Part shown: positions 61,502-64,000 of the stretch, piece by piece
Layout of the letters: every line of letters starts with the position of its first letter
How positions within the stretch are numbered: the stretch's first letter is position 1
NCBI GenBank assembly: GCA_963662545.2
Contig: CAXXLL010000002.1
Location: 32,001-96,000, forward strand
DNA length: 64,000 nt
Source of the DNA: Gammaproteobacteria bacterium
GTDB taxonomy: Bacteria > Pseudomonadota > Gammaproteobacteria > Ga0077536
Direction of reading: 5' to 3'
Notes under the pieces: model-generated
Told to the model about the DNA's origin: nothing
Database searches by the model: none
Seen by the model: only the letters and a program-made list of their open reading frames with translations
Program-made: the position numbers and the translations under genes

Positions 61502-62763
61502 GGGAAGCAAACGAGTGGTTAGAAGAAAACATAGGTGAAAATCTAGCGCTCCTAAGCGGTTTTCCCTTTCCATCGAATAAGTTTTCCAATGAAGAGGGAT
61601 TCCCGCTAATCCGGATTAGGGATGTCGTCGAATCAAGCGTCGAAACCTACTACCAAGGCGCTGTACCTCCAATGTTCATTGTAAAACGCGGAGATGTTTT
61701 GGTTGGTATGGACGGCGATTTTAATTTGGCGAAATGGAATAACCGCGATGCTCTGCTCAACCAGCGGGTATTGAAGGTGGACGTTCTTGACGCAGAAAAG
61801 CTCGATATTAATTTCGTATTTTATTGGCTTCATTCATACATAAAAAAAGTCAACGACATAACAGCGGCAACTACAGTTAAGCACCTATCGACGAGGGATA
61901 TAAGAAAGGCTAAGGCGAGAATACCGAGCTTGCGCGTTCAAAAAAGAATCGGGTTGATATTGCAAACCATCGAAAAAGCCGAAGCGCTGATCGAAAAATA
62001 CCAGCAAATCAAAGCGGGACTGGTGCACGACCTCTTTACCCGAGGCATCGACGCCGACGGCAAACTGCGCCCGCCCCGCGAACAAGCCCCGGAGCTGTAT
62101 CAGCAAACCCCGCTTGGGTGGATTCCGAAGGATTGGGAAGTAAAAGGGCTTAAAGATGTGTACAAAAATCCTATACGAGATTTTGGGAGCTTCTCATCAA
62201 CTAGTTTGATCACCTTTCTAGAGGAGGGCGTACCGTTCATAAAGTCGGAAATGGTAAAGGAGGAAGAAATTGATTGGACTAGCGTTAGCTTTATTTCAAC
62301 TTCGGTGCATAGGCTTCTTTCTAAATCGCATGTGCAAGAAGGTCAAATACTATTCAGCAAAATTGGGTCGGCGCTCGGCAAGGCTGTTTTGTACGACGGG
62401 GAAAGAGGAGAGTGCAATAGCAACGCGGCTGTTGCCAAGATTGAGGTAAATGAAAGCATAATTGAGCCGCAATTTGCAGAAATATTTCTCAATAGTAATT
62501 TCGCGAGAAGGCAATTCGAGTTGATGATAATAAGCCTTCTTCCGAGGATAAATTTGGGAGACATCAATAAAGTGTTGGTCCCATTGCCGAAAATCGCGGA
62601 ACAGGAGTTGATTTGCACACGGTATAACTCGATAAGAGCGAAACTGCGGTCGGAAAAAAGCACGTTAGCGAAACTGCAATGCCGAAAATCCGGTTTATTG
62701 CACGATCTGCTTACTGGTCGAGTGCAGGTCAGCGCAGAGCAGCCCGAGGCGGCCCTTGTCTGA
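61498..62763 (+). CDS. hsdS: Type I R-M specificity subunit
   Basis: Two low-GC TRDs separated by conserved KAGL.HDLFTRG...GWIP..W; ends KSGLLHDLLTGRV. Confidence 0.92.
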   Translation: MREANEWLEENIGENLALLSGFPFPSNKFSNEEGFPLIRIRDVVESSVETYYQGAVPPMFIVKRGDVLVGMDGDFNLAKWNNRDALLNQRVLKVDVLDAEKLDINFVFYWLHSYIKKVNDITAATTVKHLSTRDIRKAKARIPSLRVQKRIGLILQTIEKAEALIEKYQQIKAGLVHDLFTRGIDADGKLRPPREQAPELYQQTPLGWIPKDWEVKGLKDVYKNPIRDFGSFSSTSLITFLEEGVPFIKSEMVKEEEIDWTSVSFISTSVHRLLSKSHVQEGQILFSKIGSALGKAVLYDGERGECNSNAAVAKIEVNESIIEPQFAEIFLNSNFARRQFELMIISLLPRINLGDINKVLVPLPKIAEQELICTRYNSIRAKLRSEKSTLAKLQCRKSGLLHDLLTGRVQVSAEQPEAALV

Positions 62764-64000
62764 ATACACGGAAGTAGAACAGCCCTTCCTGCATCAGATG
62801 AAGGTGCTGAATTGGCAGACTATCGATCAAGGGCCGGACATCCCCTCCGATCCGACCAGAAGTAAACGACTAAATTTCCGCCAATGGCTGCTGCCAGAAG
62901 TTTTCGCACAATCGGTTGCCGCACTGAATACCACCGCAGATGGCGAGCCATGGCTGACAGCTAAGCAGTTGCAGGATTTACAAGACCAAATCCTGCGCCA
63001 GCCCAACCGCACCCTCCTGGAAGCCAACGAGGCCATCCAGAAGTTGTTTTTCAAGGCGCAGGTGGATGTGAACGAGGTCACTGGCGAGCAAGACCCGGTG
63101 GTCAAGCTAATCGACTTCGCGAATCCCAAGAACAATCACTTCCTGGCTATCAATCAGTTCCGCATTGATACGCCGGGCTGCGTGAAGCAGTTCATCATTC
63201 CCGACATCGTACTGTTTGTGAACGGCATCCCGCTGGCGGTAGTGGAGTGTAAAAAGGGTGGGCCAACGTGCGCCAACCCGATGGCGGAAGCGTTTGAACA
63301 ATTGCACCGCTATATGAACCAGCGCCCATCGACGAAACAACAGGGTCTTAAAGAGGGCGAAGCGCGCCTTTTTCACTGCAACATGCTGCTAATCCGCACC
63401 AGCGGCGTGGAAGCTGATTACGGCACCATCACGTCCGGCGAGGAACATTTCTACCCCTGGAAAACGCAGTGGCCGGAGCCGGACAGTGTGGCCGAGGGCA
63501 GGAACCAGCAGCAGCAACTAATCAACGGCATGCTCAATAAACTCAACTTCCTTAGCGTGCTGCGGACATCATCGGTGTTTATGGATACCGACGGCGGGCC
63601 GCGCATCAAGGTGGTGTGCCGCTACCAACAGTTCCGTGCCGCGAACAAGATTGTCGAGCGACTGCGCGACGGTAAAACCGTCGAAGAGAAAAGCGGCGTG
63701 GTCTGGCATACCCAGGGTTCGGGTAAGAGCCTGACAATGGTGTTCGTGGCCCGCATGCTGCGTACCTCTAACGATCTGAACGATTACAAGATTCTGCTGA
63801 TCAACGATCGGGTTGATCTGGAAGACCAGCTCGCCCAAACCGCGACCCTGATAGGTGGCCGCGTGAATATCATCAATACCCGCAAGGCGCTGCGTGAGCA
63901 GTTATCGACCGACAGTTCTGACGTGAACATGGTGATGGTGCATAAGTTCATGCTGCGCGACCAAAGCCTGCCGCTGAAGGTGGCGGAGGCGTTGGGCACC
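62756..64000 (+). CDS. hsdR: Type I R-M restriction subunit, 5' part (runs off window)
   Basis: TTG start (SEYTEVEQPF); PDIVLFVNGIPL.V.ECK; RYQQ; HTQGSGKS, all in one frame. Confidence 0.92.
   Translation, partial: MSEYTEVEQPFLHQMKVLNWQTIDQGPDIPSDPTRSKRLNFRQWLLPEVFAQSVAALNTTADGEPWLTAKQLQDLQDQILRQPNRTLLEANEAIQKLFFKAQVDVNEVTGEQDPVVKLIDFANPKNNHFLAINQFRIDTPGCVKQFIIPDIVLFVNGIPLAVVECKKGGPTCANPMAEAFEQLHRYMNQRPSTKQQGLKEGEARLFHCNMLLIRTSGVEADYGTITSGEEHFYPWKTQWPEPDSVAEGRNQQQQLINGMLNKLNFLSVLRTSSVFMDTDGGPRIKVVCRYQQFRAANKIVERLRDGKTVEEKSGVVWHTQGSGKSLTMVFVARMLRTSNDLNDYKILLINDRVDLEDQLAQTATLIGGRVNIINTRKALREQLSTDSSDVNMVMVHKFMLRDQSLPLKVAEALGT

Larger units (their letters stand above)
40658..64000. mobile_element. 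tRNA-Lys-anchored genomic island (right end not seen in window)
   Basis: P4-type integrase and AlpA next to the tRNA, followed by IS-rich heterogeneous cargo and a type I R-M locus. Confidence 0.75.

Overview
GC-rich gammaproteobacterial chromosome segment in two parts. (1) 1-40.7 kb is core-like DNA: a sigma-54-type promoter driving a PEP-CTERM protein next to a polysaccharide-modification cluster (wecB, deacetylase-GT2 fusion, FAD oxidoreductase, deacetylase, frameshifted GT-C glycosyltransferase), then aceEF, HAD/macro/LOG genes, a PrpD-like gene, ppsR/ppsA, two paralogous unknown proteins, SRAP, mtdA, nadC, agcS, egtD, ampD/ampE-like, lpxH, ppiB and four tRNAs (Pro, Arg, His, Lys). IS4 (IS10-like), ISNCY-like and IS630 elements interrupt this part. 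(2) From tRNA-Lys(CTT) to the window end lies a genomic island: frameshifted P4-type integrase, AlpA, then cargo (SMP-30-like protein, 37-aa peptide, gene remnants, cupin/TetR/FAD oxidase/hydantoinase module, ndh, CehA/McbA-like hydrolase, type I R-M with hsdM truncated by an IS). The most striking feature is a ~125-bp composite repeat, present three times with exactly conserved internal spacing, that separates cargo genes like cassette boundaries but is not an attC site. It and related hairpins are the insertion sites of two different ~158-bp MITEs and an IS30. All family assignments come from motif recognition by eye; no database searches were run.
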